DNA of 49,081 nucleotides from an uncultured Solirubrobacteraceae bacterium (GTDB lineage Bacteria; Actinomycetota; Thermoleophilia; Solirubrobacterales; Solirubrobacteraceae): NCBI GenBank assembly GCA_964588985.1, contig CAZPQW010000024.1, positions 1 to 49,081 of the forward strand, read 5' to 3'. Shown piece by piece: positions 47,325 to 49,081 of this stretch (position 1 is its first letter; each line of letters starts with the position of its first letter). The notes under the pieces were generated by a model. It saw only the letters and a program-made list of their open reading frames with translations, ran no database searches and was not told where the DNA came from. The position numbers and the translations under genes were made by a program.

Positions 47325-48375
47325 TGTGGGGGGGCCTCCCTAGCGGAGCCCTGAGAGAGGTCGTCGCCTTATCCCAAGCCGTCAGAAGGTGGTTGGCCCA
47401 TCGTGCTTCGAGCGCCAGCAACGCCCGAGCACCAAATAGGATATCGGGGGCCAAGTCGGGCTCCGCGATGGCGAGGCCAGCAGCGAGATCCCAGGCCGCG
47501 ATGCTCTCATGCACCGCGTCAGCCTCCACATGCTCGTCGTAAAAGTCGGTCACAGGTGAGCCGTATCCTAGACGTCGCAGGGCGTTGCCATAGCGACGAT
47601 TTGGAACCGCCGATGTCATCTCGAAAGCCGCGAGATGGCCCACCAACATTCCGCGGAGCCGGCGGTGCAGTCCGCACAGCGAAATCAGATTCACCGTCGC
47701 AAGCGTTATGCCGGGAAGCAGATCGACATACGCGCCGTACGCAGCGTTAAGTCCAAGGCCCTTCATAGTGTGCTCAAACAGGACCGAGTGCATTTGCTCA
47801 ACGTACCCGCCCCCGTACTCATCGATTTGGATCTCCAGCAGGGCGGCCTTCGGTGCTCCTGTAAGCCGCGGTATAACCCAGGAGTGAGGATCGGCCTCCT
47901 TAAGCTGATAAGCGGAGCGGTGAACTACATGCTCTAGCATCTGAGTGAGAGTGCCTTGTGTCTCGAGATGTCGCGAAATTGGTGGGCCAGTGTCGTGACT
48001 GACGATCCATTGTAGAGCGTCCCCCACATTTGCAATATCGTCTTGCGTGTCGGGCGGAACGATGCTCGCCAAGGCTCGCTCCATCCAGCCCTCCAGGATT
48101 GCACGGAACTTCAAAAGCGACGGTGACCACTCCCAGCGCGGATCAGTACCCGCGACAGCTGCGTAGTGAAGCTCGTAGCAAACGTAGAGCGCTAGCTGGA
48201 GGTCGTCATCGGCTAGGGGATCTTGAGACTCCAGTAGGCACGGGGATGCGATCTCAAAGTCAGGCGACAGAGACAACGCGCTGAAAAGCCATTCTGTCAA
48301 GGGCCCTCTCGGCGCTGGCAGCGCGAAGCGACGCCCTCCCTCGGGTTCTCCGTTTAAGCTCACGGGATTGGTCAT
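47317..48375 (-). CDS. Iron-containing redox enzyme (heme-oxygenase-like diiron oxidase)
   Basis: DLQLALY.CYELHY, LKEADPH, DEYG.G...MH, FEMTS, FYDEHVEADAVHE ligand motifs. Confidence 0.9.
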   Translation of the reverse strand: MTNPVSLNGEPEGGRRFALPAPRGPLTEWLFSALSLSPDFEIASPCLLESQDPLADDDLQLALYVCYELHYAAVAGTDPRWEWSPSLLKFRAILEGWMERALASIVPPDTQDDIANVGDALQWIVSHDTGPPISRHLETQGTLTQMLEHVVHRSAYQLKEADPHSWVIPRLTGAPKAALLEIQIDEYGGGYVEQMHSVLFEHTMKGLGLNAAYGAYVDLLPGITLATVNLISLCGLHRRLRGMLVGHLAAFEMTSAVPNRRYGNALRRLGYGSPVTDFYDEHVEADAVHESIAAWDLAAGLAIAEPDLAPDILFGARALLALEARWANHLLTAWDKATTSLRAPLGRPPHSD

Positions 48376-48626
48376 TTACTCGACCCGGTATTCGCGGCTG
48401 CGTCATTACGCTCTGTGCCGCTCGGTGCGCGAAACTCAACGAGACGGTGCGTGCCGTCACAAAAAGGGCGGACCCGTGACTTCCCACAGCGACACAGAGC
48501 CACGACGCGCCGAGTCGTCGTGATCTCCTGACCTCTTTGATCTCGCAGCTTGAAGGGACCCCGCAGCAGGTAGGGGCCGTCTTGGTAGGCGGTGATAGTC
48601 ACGTCGCCTTGGCTGTCGCGACTCAT
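48372..48626 (-). CDS. CDGSH iron-sulfur domain protein
   Basis: DGPYLLRG...VALCRCGKSRVRPFCDGTH; ATGA overlap with downstream gene. Confidence 0.92.
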   Translation of the reverse strand: MSRDSQGDVTITAYQDGPYLLRGPFKLRDQRGQEITTTRRVVALCRCGKSRVRPFCDGTHRLVEFRAPSGTERNDAAANTGSSK

Positions 48627-49081
48627 GCTTTGATCACGAGGACGAGCGCGGAGCCGGCGCAATTGCCCCGGCAGCTATCGACGCAGGCGGCATCCCCAAT
48701 CCTGGCCCTAGCCAGCGTGGCACGCCTGAGCAAGTCGAACCTCCCACGAGTTCGGGAGTAAGAAGTCCCACAGATCGGTCTCGCATGTAGTCCGATTGAT
48801 GGACTTGCGACACCACGGCTATGATGACCGCTGCTCATGGCGACCTTCTGCCCCCGACGAGACGTCGCCGCACGAACGAGCGACTCAGCTCCCAACCCAT
48901 GCCGAGCCGAACGAGGGCCGGATATACAACCCGAATGTCGCCCTCACGTAGTTCGCTCGTGTATCCCCTCCAGAGGGAGCACTGCTGGTCCGAGCTCTCG
49001 AGGCCGCGAGACGGTGCTCGCCCGTACTGCTCTAAACCGTCGGGCTTGGGTAGGCAAGCCGGAGCAAAGTTTCTACCCCCC

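Overview
GC-rich bacterial DNA whose gene content suggests Actinomycetota, probably Thermoleophilia/Solirubrobacterales (inference from gene families and protein style). Positions 1-4024 are the end of an integrative mobilisable element (MobF relaxase-helicase, Xis-like HTH, arm-type repeats) abutting the 3' end of tRNA-Arg(ACG). About 4.1-11.7 kb is ordinary accessory/housekeeping content (GH26-like, pentapeptide repeat, GST, hydrolase, large Ig/RCC1/IPT surface protein, STAS). From about 11.7 kb the window is a mosaic, partly decaying island: YefM-RelE toxin-antitoxin pair, two IS elements, pseudogenes, NERD-helicase and a PadR operon. The most notable region is 25.9-35.9 kb. Two related non-coding sites (27682-27959 and 35501-35893, same orientation) have the layout of tyrosine-integrase attP/attI junctions, yet no tyrosine integrase lies in the window. 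They bracket or abut three two-gene modules that look like conflict/cell-death systems: (i) small membrane protein + HExxH Lit/M48-like peptidase, (ii) membrane-anchored helical-repeat protein + zinc-ribbon/atypical macrodomain protein, (iii) CHAT (caspase-like) protease + 234-aa beta-rich protein with a pore-forming-toxin-like hairpin. The right part holds a ROK-like regulator, a secreted-protein cluster with two paralogous golvesin-like proteins, a GIY-YIG nuclease and a CDGSH/diiron-oxidase/GT2 operon. All family calls come from reading motifs by eye; no searches were run.
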